From assembly GCA_045579125.1 (NCBI GenBank), contig JAZNLN010000185.1:1-50067 (forward strand): a stretch of DNA of 50,067 nt, in the 5' to 3' direction. The stretch is from Ruminiclostridium sp. (GTDB taxonomy: Bacteria > Bacillota > Clostridia > Oscillospirales > Ruminococcaceae). The notes under the pieces are model-generated. The model saw only the letters and a list, made by a program, of their open reading frames with translations, was not told where the DNA came from and ran no database searches. This document shows, piece by piece, positions 10,031-20,600 of this stretch. Position numbers and translations under genes: made by a program. The first letter of the stretch is position 1. The number at the start of each line of letters is the position of its first letter.

Positions 10031-10159
10031 AATATTCCCCCTTCTGAGTTTTGTTTTTTCGTCCGATAGTATTTTGCAGAATAATTTTTTATTTATTCGG
10101 TTATATCGAACGGTTTTCTGTTCAAAATATTGGTAACAAGCTCATAAGGAGGGTTTATT

Positions 10160-10840
10160 TTGAAAGGCAGAATTTATAAAACGTCGCTGATTATTCTCCT
10201 GCTGGCATTCGGAATTTGCGGGTATATCGCAATGCCGAATGCAATGGAGTCAGCAGTTCCGACCGTTTCGACGGTAAGGCTGACTGCGGAGGAGTACTGC
10301 GAAAGCGTAAGCGTGAGCGGAATAATATCGGAAGAAAGCGACAGCTGGTATGTGATTTCCCCTGTGAACGAGGCAGATATACCTTATATAAAAATCGGAC
10401 AGTACGCCTCTGTCAGCGGTGCGGCAATAGGCAGCGGGAAGTATGCCGCAGAGGTGACGGAAATCGGCGGGTCAGCCAGACAGCAGGCAGGCGCCGCAGG
10501 TGTTGAAACCGTGGTTGACGTAAAGCTTAAAATAAGTAACCCCGACGACGGTCTGAAATCGGGCTACACGGCAACCGCAAGAATAAACACAGCCGAAAGC
10601 CGCACCGTGCACATTCTTCCGTACAGCGCAATCAGACAGGACGAGCACGGCGAATTTATCTACATCGTCGGAGAAAACAGCACCGTAAAAAGACAGAACA
10701 TCGAAACGGGTGCAGAGCTCCCCTACGGCGCAGAAATTGTTTCGGAGCTGCCTGCGGACGCCGAAATTATAAGCGAGCCCGAAAAGGTGACGGAGAACGC
10801 TCTCGTTTCCGTGGCACGGGCAGGCTCGGAGGAAAAGTGA
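10160..10840 (+). CDS. Shortened membrane-fusion/periplasmic-adaptor protein (MacA/YknX-like)
   Basis: N-terminal TM anchor; VNEADIPYIKIGQ, LKSGYTATARI, LPYSAI, ETGAE motifs; TTG start with RBS AAGGAGG. Confidence 0.8.
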   Translation: MKGRIYKTSLIILLLAFGICGYIAMPNAMESAVPTVSTVRLTAEEYCESVSVSGIISEESDSWYVISPVNEADIPYIKIGQYASVSGAAIGSGKYAAEVTEIGGSARQQAGAAGVETVVDVKLKISNPDDGLKSGYTATARINTAESRTVHILPYSAIRQDEHGEFIYIVGENSTVKRQNIETGAELPYGAEIVSELPADAEIISEPEKVTENALVSVARAGSEEK

Positions 10841-10841
10841 T

Positions 10842-12023
10842 ATGACGGCTGTGCTTAATGCGGTAAAAAGCATTCGTCGGAGCGGTGCAAGAAACATGCT
10901 GACAGCGGCGGGAATTGCGGTCGGCGTGTTCGCAGTCGTTCTTATTTCGTCGCTCGGGGAAACCGGGTCGCAGATGATATACAGCGCTATGGACAGCATG
11001 GGGATAAATTCGGTCATGATTCAGCCCGACGACGAATCGCAGAACGTCCGTCTCGGCGACGAGGATATACAGACGATTTCTTCCGTGTACGGCGTTTCGA
11101 AGGCTATGCCTCTGATGTCAACCTGGACGGATACAGTGCTGATTGATACGAATGTAAAATGTATCGTGTGGGGCGTCGACAAGAACGCCAAGGATATAAT
11201 TTCCCTTACTCCCGCTTACGGCAGACTGATAAGCAGCGCCGACGTGCAGTCGGCAGCGAGGGTCTGCGTAATCGACGAAAGCATTGCCGAAAGGGTGTAC
11301 GGACGAGGCAACATAGTGGGCAAAAATGTAAAAATAAAGCTCGGAGGCTCGTACGAAACGTTCAGAGTAGTCGGAGTGGCACGGTCGGGAATAAACGCTC
11401 TCCAAAGCTCGTTTTCGGGCATCATTCCCGATTTCGTATACATCCCCTACACCGCCGCACAGAAACTTATGGGCCGCAGCGGGTACGACAGCATCGCCGC
11501 ACTCATAGACAGCACCGACGGCGAAACGGTTTCGCTGAACATCGAATCAGCTATACGCCGAACAAGAAACGAGGACGGAATTGTCGTCGCCAACCTGCTC
11601 GGACAGAAGGAGCAGCTTAAAGGAGTGTTGTCTACGGTCAAGATTGTGCTTTCGCTTATTGCGGGAATATCGCTCGTAATCTCGGGAATAACGGTTATGA
11701 CGTCAATGCTGGTCAGCGTGAGCGAGCGGACGGCGGAAATCGGCATAAAAAAAGCTATCGGCGCAAAAAGCAGCACGATATGCATGGAATTCCTTGCGGA
11801 AAGTATTGTTATTTCTGTTTTCGGAGCGGTTATGGGAATGGTGTGCGGATTTCTGTTCACTGCGGTGGGGTGTGCGGCGTTCGGCGTGTCGCCGTCGATT
11901 GATACGGGAATGGTAATAATCGCCTTCGCCGCCGCTGTTGTTACAGGTATCGCATTCGGCGTCTATCCATCGCTGAAAGCCGCACGGATGCCGCCTGCGG
12001 AGGCGTTCAGAACGGGGAGATAA
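10842..12023 (+). CDS. MacB/FtsX-family ABC permease
   Basis: LTAAGIAVGVFAVV TM1, large extracellular domain, MLVSVSERTAEIGIKKAIGA, FGVYPSLKAARMPPAEA. Confidence 0.92.
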   Translation: MTAVLNAVKSIRRSGARNMLTAAGIAVGVFAVVLISSLGETGSQMIYSAMDSMGINSVMIQPDDESQNVRLGDEDIQTISSVYGVSKAMPLMSTWTDTVLIDTNVKCIVWGVDKNAKDIISLTPAYGRLISSADVQSAARVCVIDESIAERVYGRGNIVGKNVKIKLGGSYETFRVVGVARSGINALQSSFSGIIPDFVYIPYTAAQKLMGRSGYDSIAALIDSTDGETVSLNIESAIRRTRNEDGIVVANLLGQKEQLKGVLSTVKIVLSLIAGISLVISGITVMTSMLVSVSERTAEIGIKKAIGAKSSTICMEFLAESIVISVFGAVMGMVCGFLFTAVGCAAFGVSPSIDTGMVIIAFAAAVVTGIAFGVYPSLKAARMPPAEAFRTGR

Positions 12024-12056
12024 TTTCTTTTCATTCAGATACAGATTATATCAAAA

Positions 12057-12095
12057 AAATCGCAGGGCCGTTTCCGACTCTGCGAAAGTTTTTTA
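12057..12095. terminator. Probable bidirectional terminator between convergent genes
   Basis: TCGCAGGGCCG-tttc-CGACTCTGCGA flanked by A and T runs. Confidence 0.55.
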
Positions 12096-12122
12096 TATGC
12101 GTCCGATACGGATTATCGGGTT

Positions 12123-13580
12123 TTATTCCGATTTGTCCGAGTCGTCCTTTTTCGTGGCAAGCTTTACTATCCCGCCCGCAACCGTTCTTGTAACCGCCTT
12201 TGATTTGCGCTTGACGTTCCGTGCGATATATTTTGAGCTTATCTTGACCCTGCGTGTGACACGTCTCGATTTTACGCCTACCTTTAAAACTATCTTGCGG
12301 GATTTGTATTTCACCGCCGTTGTAGTATCGTGCATTTTCAGCAGTGCCTCGCTGATGTCGCCTATAACCGTGAACAGCTCGACAGGCGGCTTGTAGCCCA
12401 TTATCTGCGCCGAACGCTTATTATCAATGATTGTATAATATCTTTCGTAGGCACGGCGCACCGAATCCTCCCACGAAATATATATCGTATTCATCGCATT
12501 TTCGCCGATTTTCTTCAACTCCTCACGATGTGCCGCCGCATACACAAGCTCCGCCGCAATGGCGTCTGCGTCCTCCTCGACGATTATTCCCGTCGAATAG
12601 TTTGTTATGCCCTCCGCCGCACAGCTGTCCTTTATAAGCAGGCTCGGAACACCGCATGCCGCCGCCTCACGGACTACGATTCCGTTTGTGTCGTATGTTG
12701 ACGGGAACACGAACAAATCGCCCATGTTGTAATATGCACGGAGTTCTTCTCTGTCGTAAATTGCGCCCGCAAAAATACATATGTCGGCAATGCCTTCTTT
12801 TTCGGCAAATGCTTTTATTTCCTCGGTGTCGGTGCCCTTGCCGACAAAAATCATCCTGTAATCAACGCCCCTCTGACGCACACGGGCAAGGGATTCAATA
12901 ATAAGACGGATATTCTTGTACCACATCATTCTGCCGACGAATATGAAAACAGGCATATCCTCGGCAATGCCGTACTGCTTTTTAAGCTCGGCAACTCTCG
13001 CCTTATCGGCATAGCCACGGCTGAAATCAACGCCGTTTTCCATTATCACGCATTCGCCCTCGTAGCCGAGATTTCGCAGGCTGTCCGCCGCACCGTTGCT
13101 GACAGTCCACACCTCGTCACAGGCGGAAATATTGCTTAGCAGGAACTTCGTTATAGTCTTTTGCAGAAACTCCGAATCTACTACCTTTTTTATGTCTATA
13201 TCAAACTTTGTGTGATATGTAAAAACAAGCGGTGCCTTTGCAACCTCACGCAGAGTGCGTGCGAGCACTCCCGAGGCAAACGGACAGTGAGTGTGTATAA
13301 TGTCAAACTGTCTCGGCGAAAGCAGCTCGATAGGCTTTTGCATAAACGGATTGCCCGCACGATAACCGAGCATTTTTTCCGTAGCAAGACTCGGATAGCG
13401 GACAACAGGAAAATCGAACACGCTGTCGTCGGCTCCCGGATATTTCGGCGTAGCAACCGAGGCACGACCGCCAAGTACGCCGTTTATTATATTCGCATAA
13501 TTTACGACCGTATTCGCAACGCCGTCGATAAGCGGCGGGAACGAGTCGTTAAGCAAACATATATTAAGATTTTCTCTCAT
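12123..13580 (-). CDS. GT4 glycosyltransferase (diacylglycerol glucosyltransferase-like) with basic C-terminal tail
   Basis: NDSFPPLIDGV, DIIHTHCPF, FTYHTKF, FVGRM, DLFVFPSTYDTNGIVVREAAACGVP; start at MRENL overlaps the upstream stop (ATGA). Confidence 0.88.
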   Translation of the reverse strand: MRENLNICLLNDSFPPLIDGVANTVVNYANIINGVLGGRASVATPKYPGADDSVFDFPVVRYPSLATEKMLGYRAGNPFMQKPIELLSPRQFDIIHTHCPFASGVLARTLREVAKAPLVFTYHTKFDIDIKKVVDSEFLQKTITKFLLSNISACDEVWTVSNGAADSLRNLGYEGECVIMENGVDFSRGYADKARVAELKKQYGIAEDMPVFIFVGRMMWYKNIRLIIESLARVRQRGVDYRMIFVGKGTDTEEIKAFAEKEGIADICIFAGAIYDREELRAYYNMGDLFVFPSTYDTNGIVVREAAACGVPSLLIKDSCAAEGITNYSTGIIVEEDADAIAAELVYAAAHREELKKIGENAMNTIYISWEDSVRRAYERYYTIIDNKRSAQIMGYKPPVELFTVIGDISEALLKMHDTTTAVKYKSRKIVLKVGVKSRRVTRRVKISSKYIARNVKRKSKAVTRTVAGGIVKLATKKDDSDKSE

Positions 13581-14599
13581 ATTTTTACCTTTATTTTCAT
13601 ATAATTCATTTTCACGCAGAACACAAACGCAACTGCGGCAATTATGTATCCGACAAAGAGATTCATCGAAAAGCCGTTTCCGAAAAGCTCCGTTGAGAAA
13701 TACTGCGAAAGCCATTCGCACACAAGCGTGAGCGATAATACGCCGCCGCAGTTGTCAAGCTCCGTCCACACATACAGCATATCCGAACAAAGCTCCGCCG
13801 CAGGTACCGTTGCAAGTACAGCCGCCGCACACACGACTACGCCTCTCGTATCCAGCACGCCCGCACTGAATCTGTATGCGTAAACACAAAGGAAAGCAAG
13901 AACCAGCGGAGGCACGACAGGCAGAAATCTCATCTGTCCGAGAAAAATCCAGACACCCGCCGCAGCAAGCGCTCCCGCAAGCGTTCCCATTATCCCGAAC
14001 AGGATATTTGAGCCTTTTTCCAACTCACGCTGCATTTCAAATATGCCGTGCTGCTGCGCCGTAAAATCAACGTCCGTTTTTCTCGGCGAAATATAGCCGT
14101 ACTCGTCACGCTCCAGCGTTTCATCGGCAACATAGCCTGCCTCGGGTACAATCTCCTCTCTGTACGCAGGCAGACAGCATGCGCAGACACGGACAAGCGT
14201 GCCGCCGTGCTTTACCAGCGAAAGCTCTTTTCCCCCGCCGCAGTCACGGCAGCAGGGTCTGTATCCGTTTGCGGAGAGAAATGCAGAAAAAAGATGAAGA
14301 AAGGACGCTATCTCCTCACAGTCGTTCCTTACATCATCCGTTTCGTCAAACTCTGCCGAAACAGTGTTTCCAACGCAGGAAAAACAGCTTATCGGACACA
14401 GTTCCTTTTCGGAAAAATCCTTTAGGAATGCGTCTGCACCCGCACCGTCGGAAACCCATGTGTCAAGCTTGTAGCGCCGCTTTTCTCCGTCAATAGAAAG
14501 CACGAAAACGTAACCCGAAAAAACACCCGTAAAACAAAAGGCGTCTCCGTCGTATTTCATTCCCGTTCCAAGTTCGATAGCGGCAATATCAACAATCAT
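13577..14599 (-). CDS. Hypothetical Zn-ribbon plus multi-TM membrane protein
   Basis: CCRDCG...VCACC, then about 4 hydrophobic helices; RBS GAGGAG before MIVDI; paralogous to 27312-29456. Confidence 0.75.
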   Translation of the reverse strand: MIVDIAAIELGTGMKYDGDAFCFTGVFSGYVFVLSIDGEKRRYKLDTWVSDGAGADAFLKDFSEKELCPISCFSCVGNTVSAEFDETDDVRNDCEEIASFLHLFSAFLSANGYRPCCRDCGGGKELSLVKHGGTLVRVCACCLPAYREEIVPEAGYVADETLERDEYGYISPRKTDVDFTAQQHGIFEMQRELEKGSNILFGIMGTLAGALAAAGVWIFLGQMRFLPVVPPLVLAFLCVYAYRFSAGVLDTRGVVVCAAAVLATVPAAELCSDMLYVWTELDNCGGVLSLTLVCEWLSQYFSTELFGNGFSMNLFVGYIIAAVAFVFCVKMNYMKIKVKI

Positions 14600-14647
14600 T
14601 TCATCTGTACTCCTCGTGGTCGGTGAGGCTATTCGCATACACTTTAC

Positions 14648-14752
14648 ATTATAAATGTATTTGATGTTATTGTCAATAAAAATCCGCAACCTCGTTGACA
14701 TTTGCACAAAAATAAGCTACAATATAAAATGGAATTGTATAATTTGATTACA
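14648..14752. promoter_or_regulatory. Back-to-back SigA promoters plus putative operator
   Basis: Minus: TTGACA-N17-TATAAT (14676-14648). Plus: TTGACA-N17-TACAAT (14695-14723), then GTATAA-ttt-GATTACA (14737-14752). Confidence 0.75.
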
Positions 14753-14772
14753 CATACAAAGGGGCATTTTTT

Positions 14773-17064
14773 ATGAACACAATCAACAATGTAATATTAT
14801 TCCGCTCGGAGGGAGATATTTCCTGCTGGGAGCAGAACTGCCAGCCGATAGGAAACGGATACCTCGGAGCAAGTATGTTCGGAGGAATAAAAAGAGAACG
14901 TGTAGTTCTCAATGAAAAAACGCTGTGGACAGGCGGACCGTCCGAAAAATACCGTCCGAATTACCGTGGCGGCAACAAACCCGACAGCGTGAAGTATGTA
15001 AAAGAGGTGCAGAAAAAGCTTTACGAAGGCGATTACGACGCCGCAGTCGGAATGCTCGACAAGCTGACGGGCGAAACGGACGGCTACGGAGCATATCAGC
15101 TCCTCGGCGACCTGATTATCGAATTTTCCGAGGCTAACGACGGAGCTCCCGAAAATTACAGCCGTGCGCTCGATCTTGACAACTCTCTGTGGGGCTGCGA
15201 ATACACTGTAAGCGGCAAAAAATACACAAGAAAGGCATTCGCATCGTATCCGAAAAATGTAATAGCTTTTTCGTTTGCCTGCGACGCACCCGACAGCGTT
15301 TCGTTCACAATGACGCTTGATAATACGCAGAGCGGAGCGGAAATTTACGCAGAGGGAAACACTCTCGTATACAAGGGTGCGCTTGAGGATAACGGTCTGA
15401 AATACTGCGGTATGTTCAGAGTTGCATGCAAGAGCGGGAGCGTGAGCTCCGAGGGCGGAAAAATAGCTGTTGAAAAAGCAAACGATGTAACCGTATTGTT
15501 CTCCGCCGCAACCGACTACTGCGACAACTACCCCGTTTACAGAAACGGCACAGACCCATTTGAAACCGTGCAAAAAATAATTACAGCCGCCGAGCAGTAC
15601 AGTTTTGACGAGCTGTACGCCGAGCACCTTGCCGACTACAAAAAGCTGTACGACCGTGCGGCGATAAGCTTTAACGGCGAATGCGGCGATATTCCCGATA
15701 TTGACACGCTTTTCGAAAAATACCGTTCGGGCGATAAAAAAGCCATGTCACAGCTCGAAATGCTTTACTTCCAGTTCGGCAGATATATGCTTATTTCCTC
15801 GTCCCGTGACGGCTCACTGCCCGCAAATCTCCAGGGCGTATGGAACGAAAGCAACTGTCCGCCGTGGTGCTGCGACTACCATATAAACGTGAATTTACAG
15901 ATGAATTACTGGGGTGCGTACAGCACAAATCTCGCCGATACAGCGCATACCCTCGTCGAATATCTGGACAAAATGCGCCCCGCAGGACGTATCACCGCAA
16001 AGGACTACTACGGAATAGAAAGTACTGCGGAAAACCCCGAAAACGGCTGGATTGCGCACACGCAGAGCACTCCGTTCGGCTGGACAGCTCCCGGCTGGGA
16101 TTTCTACTGGGGGTGGTCAACGGCGGCGGTTGCGTGGCTTATGCAGAACATATGGGAATACTACGAATTTACGGGCGATAAGGAATACCTTGCCGAAAAA
16201 ATATATCCGATTATGCGGGAAAGCGCCGTGTTCTACAAGCAGTGGCTGATATACAACGACAAACAGGAACGCCTCGTTTCTACGCCGACCTACTCCCCCG
16301 AGCACGGTCCCGTAACCGTCGGCAACACATACGAGCAGTGCCTTATAGAACAGCTGTTCATCGACTTTGTAAAAGCTTCGGAGATACTCGGAACGGACGA
16401 AAAACTCCGAGAGGAAATATCCGCTGTCATTCCGCAGTTAAAGCCGTTCGGTGTGAACAGAAACGGTCTGCTGAAGGAATGGTTTGAGGAGGATGACCCC
16501 GATTTCGACCATTCAAAAACGCAGCCCAATCACCGCCACATATCACACCTGCTGGCGCTGTACCCCGGAAAGCAGATAAACCACGCACGCCCCGAGCTTA
16601 TGGAGGCGGCGATAAATACGCTCAACGACAGAGGCGACGAATCGACGGGCTGGGCGAGAGCGTACAAGCTGTGCCTGTGGGCGAGAGTGAAGGACGGAAA
16701 CCGTGCGCACAGCATTTTAAGAGGTCTGATTTCGGGCTGTACGTTCCATAATCTTTTCGACTTTCATCCGCCGTTCCAGCTTGACGGCAATTTCGGCGGC
16801 AGTGCGGGTATAGCCGAAATGCTTATACAGAGCCACGAGGGATACACCGAAATTCTCCCCGCTCTTCCCGACTGCTGGAGCAGCGGCAGCTTCAGGGGCT
16901 TATGCGGTAGAAACGGTTTTGTGTACGACTGCGAATGGGAAAAGAGCACAGTCAAAAAGCTCCGTATTTACTCCTCGCTCGGCGGAGCGTTAAAGCTTAA
17001 AACAAACGGAACGATGTCCGTGCGTGAAACAAAAGCAGGTGATGAAATTGAACTTGTATTCTGA
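14773..17064 (+). CDS. GH95 alpha-L-fucosidase
   Basis: PIGNGYLGA, LNEKTLWTGGP, FQFGRYMLISSSR, PANLQGVWN, DYHINVNLQMNYW, SPEHG, HRHISHL, HPPFQLDGNFG. Confidence 0.94.
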   Translation: MNTINNVILFRSEGDISCWEQNCQPIGNGYLGASMFGGIKRERVVLNEKTLWTGGPSEKYRPNYRGGNKPDSVKYVKEVQKKLYEGDYDAAVGMLDKLTGETDGYGAYQLLGDLIIEFSEANDGAPENYSRALDLDNSLWGCEYTVSGKKYTRKAFASYPKNVIAFSFACDAPDSVSFTMTLDNTQSGAEIYAEGNTLVYKGALEDNGLKYCGMFRVACKSGSVSSEGGKIAVEKANDVTVLFSAATDYCDNYPVYRNGTDPFETVQKIITAAEQYSFDELYAEHLADYKKLYDRAAISFNGECGDIPDIDTLFEKYRSGDKKAMSQLEMLYFQFGRYMLISSSRDGSLPANLQGVWNESNCPPWCCDYHINVNLQMNYWGAYSTNLADTAHTLVEYLDKMRPAGRITAKDYYGIESTAENPENGWIAHTQSTPFGWTAPGWDFYWGWSTAAVAWLMQNIWEYYEFTGDKEYLAEKIYPIMRESAVFYKQWLIYNDKQERLVSTPTYSPEHGPVTVGNTYEQCLIEQLFIDFVKASEILGTDEKLREEISAVIPQLKPFGVNRNGLLKEWFEEDDPDFDHSKTQPNHRHISHLLALYPGKQINHARPELMEAAINTLNDRGDESTGWARAYKLCLWARVKDGNRAHSILRGLISGCTFHNLFDFHPPFQLDGNFGGSAGIAEMLIQSHEGYTEILPALPDCWSSGSFRGLCGRNGFVYDCEWEKSTVKKLRIYSSLGGALKLKTNGTMSVRETKAGDEIELVF

Positions 17065-17614
17065 CAGCGACAGAAGCAAAACCTGCTCTTTTACAGGTTA
17101 CAGACCGCACAAATTAAGCTTCGGCGACGATTTCACCCATAAGGATTACATATTTCTGAAAAATGCGCTGACAAGGGAAATTGAACAGCTGTACCTGTCG
17201 GGTATGCGGTATTTTCAGACGGGTATGGCAATGGGGAGCGACATGCTGTGCGCAGAAATCGTAATAGAGCTGAAAGAAAAATATCCCGATATATCGCTGT
17301 TTGCGGTAATGCCCTGTCACGGGCAGTCCGACAAGTGGAACGATTTTAACAAGGAACGGCACCGCAGAATCCTCGAAAACTGCGACGGCTCGCTGTACGT
17401 CACCAATTCCGCATACGACAAGGGCTGTATGTTCAGGCGCAACCGCTATCTCGCAGACACCGCCTCGGTACTGCTGGCGGTATACGACGGACAGGCGGGC
17501 GGCACGTCAAATACGCTTAAATATGCGCAAAAACAGGGCTTGAAAATAATCGTGATAGACCCGTACAGATTTGTCAAAATCAAGCTGTTCGACAAAAACA
17601 ACACAACAGAGTAA
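17042..17614 (+). CDS. SLOG-superfamily protein (DUF1273/YpsA-like)
   Basis: CSFTGYRP, GMAMGSD, CMFRRNRYL, LAVYDG..GGT motifs; start uncertain (17024 GTG or 17042 ATG). Confidence 0.83.
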   Translation: MKLNLYSDSDRSKTCSFTGYRPHKLSFGDDFTHKDYIFLKNALTREIEQLYLSGMRYFQTGMAMGSDMLCAEIVIELKEKYPDISLFAVMPCHGQSDKWNDFNKERHRRILENCDGSLYVTNSAYDKGCMFRRNRYLADTASVLLAVYDGQAGGTSNTLKYAQKQGLKIIVIDPYRFVKIKLFDKNNTTE

Positions 17615-17626
17615 AGGAATAATTTT

Positions 17627-20600
17627 ATGATAAAGCACGGAAAACATCTCTTCAACGACGGCTGGCAGTTCACTCTCCGGAATATAGGAACCGTCCCCGA
17701 AAACATAAACGACAGCCTTGAATGGTATAATGTCGAAATACCTCACGACTGGCTTATCGGCGACACACGCCACTTGTACGAAACGGGAGAAGGCTGGTAC
17801 AGAAAACGCTTTGCGCTTGATTCCGACGACCTTGAAAGCGTGCTGTCCGTTATATTCGACGGCGTTTATATGAACTCCTCCGTTTTCGTGAACGGAAAGC
17901 ACGTCGGCGACTGGAAATACGGATATTCAACGTTCGGATTCGACATAAGCGGATATGTGCACGAGGGTACAAATGAACTACTGGTAAGAGTGTGCCATGA
18001 GGCACCGAACACCCGCTGGTACTCGGGCGCAGGTATTTACAGAAACGTATGGCTCCGCTCCGCAGACAAAACACATCTTACCGAGGACGGCGTATACATC
18101 GTTCAACGCAGGGAGGAAAACGGCTGGTCGGTTACGGTTACAGCGGAAACAAGCGTTCCGTGCGAAGTGAGATATTCCATCAAGGAAATCCCCGAAGCTG
18201 TATTTACCGACGGCAAAGCATTCGTTTCCGAGCCAAAGCTCTGGGATACGGAAAATCCCGCTCTCTACACGCTCGCTGTCGAAGCTGTTTCGGACGGAAA
18301 AGTTACCGATACGGCGGAAATACGTTTTGGTTTCCGCACGCTTGATTTTTCTCCCGACAAGGGATTTCTGCTTAACGGAGTGCAGACAAAGCTGCACGGA
18401 GTATGCATGCACCACGACCTCGGCGCACTCGGTGCGGCTATGAACAAATCCGCTCTGAAAAGACAGCTCGAAATACTGAAAAGCTTTGGCGTAAACGCAG
18501 TCCGCACATCTCACAACATGCCCGCACGGGAGCTTATAGAGCTTTCGGAGGAAATGGGATTGCTTATCAATTCCGAGGGATTTGACATGTGGGAGCTGCC
18601 GAAAAACGAAAACGACTACGCTCGTTTCTTCCCCGAATGGTACAAAAAAGACGTTGCGGCATGGGTACGCCGTGACCGTAATTCGCCATGCGTTATAATG
18701 TGGAGCATCGGCAACGAAATCTATGACACGCACAAAAGTCCGAGAGGCCTTGAGGTTGCAAAAATGCTGAAGGAGGCAGTTCTGGAGCATGACCCGTGTG
18801 AAAATGCGGTGTGTACGATAGGCTCGAATTTCATGTCGTGGGAAAACGCACAGAGTGTTGCCGACTACCTGAAGCTTGCAGGCTATAACTATGCGGAAAC
18901 GCTCTACGACGGCCATCACGAAAAACATCCCGACTGGTTCATATACGGCAGCGAAACGGCGTCAACCGTGCGTTCAAGAGGCGTGTACCATTTCCCTGCA
19001 TCCGCAAAAATCCTTACTCACGACGACTTACAATGCTCGGATTACGGCAACAGCGTAGTCGGCTGGGGACGTGACAGCGAGAGTGCATGGACAATGGACC
19101 GTGACCGTGAATACTGCGGCGGACAGTTCATATGGACAGGCTTCGACTACATCGGCGAGCCCACGCCATACAGCACAAAGAACTCATATTTCGGAATAAT
19201 CGACACCGCAGGTTTCCCCAAGGATTCATACTATATGTATAAGGCGGCGTGGACAAAGGAGCCGTTTATTCACATACTCCCCTACTGGGACTGGAACGAG
19301 GGCGAGGAGATAAGCGTGTTCACCTACTCCAATGTCAGCGACGTTGAGCTTTTCTTCAACGGAAAATCCCTCGGGAAACAGCATATAAATATGGACAAGG
19401 ACCTCGTTCTGCACGGCAGCTGGAAACTGAAATACGCAAAGGGCGAGCTTGTTGCGAGGGCGTACAGCCCCGACGGCACGGTTGCCGCAGAGGAACGCAT
19501 TTCCTCCTTCGGCGACCCCGATAAAATTGTTATTACTCCCGAAAACAGCGTGATAAAAGCTGACGGCAGGGATATTGCATTCCTGTGTATTTCGGTGTGC
19601 GACAAGAACGGCGAGCCTGTTGCAAACGCACGCAGCCGTGTGAATGTAGACGTTTCGGGCTGCGGCAGACTTGTCGGACTCGACAACGGCGACAGCACCG
19701 ACTACGACAGCTATAAAGGCACAAACAGACGTCTTTTCGGAGGCAAGTTGCTCGCAATGGTGCAGGCAACGCTCGAAAGCGGGGATATAACCGTTACAGT
19801 TTCCTCCGAAGGTCTTGAAACGGCAAGCGTAACGCTGACTGCGGAAAAATGCGAGATACCCGAGGGTGTATCGGTTGTGTCGGAAAAAGCATATCCCGCT
19901 TACATTCAGCCGAAAGTTTCCGAAATCCCGCTAAGAAAAATTGAGCTTACAGCTAATAAAACAAAGCTTGACGAGAATAATAAAACTGCCGAGGTAAAGG
20001 CTGTGCTTCTTCCCGAAAATGCTTCGTACAAGGATATTGTGTGGAAATGCGTGCTTGAAAGCGGCGTTGAAATCGGCTGTGCGGAGGCGAGCGGCGACAG
20101 CGGCGGCGCAGTTGTAACCGCAAAGGGCGACGGACGTTTCCGTCTGCGTGCGATGTGCGCAAACGGCGGAATTGCTCCGCAGATTATCTCCGAGCTGGAA
20201 TTTGAAATAACAGGTCTCGGCGAAACTGTTTCCTCGCCTTATTCATTCATCTCCGCAAGCCTTTACACCGTTTCCGACAAGGTGCTCAACGTTGTTGAAA
20301 AAGGCGCTGTCAGCGGCATTCAGAGCCGCACGGTCATCGGATTTACAAACGTTGATTTCGGCTCATACGGCAGCGATATTCTCCGCCTGCACATCGGCAA
20401 CGCAGGCAGCGACCCTGTTCCCGTTGAGGTGTGGCTCGGAAATCCCGACGAAAACGGAGCGAAAAAGCTGTATACTGCGGAATTTATGCCAAACGGCCGC
20501 TGGGACGGCTTCGACCCCGCAGATTTCACTCTCCCCGAGCGTATCCGAGGCATTCAGACGATATGCTTCGTCATATCGACAAAATGCATTTTCGGCGGTT

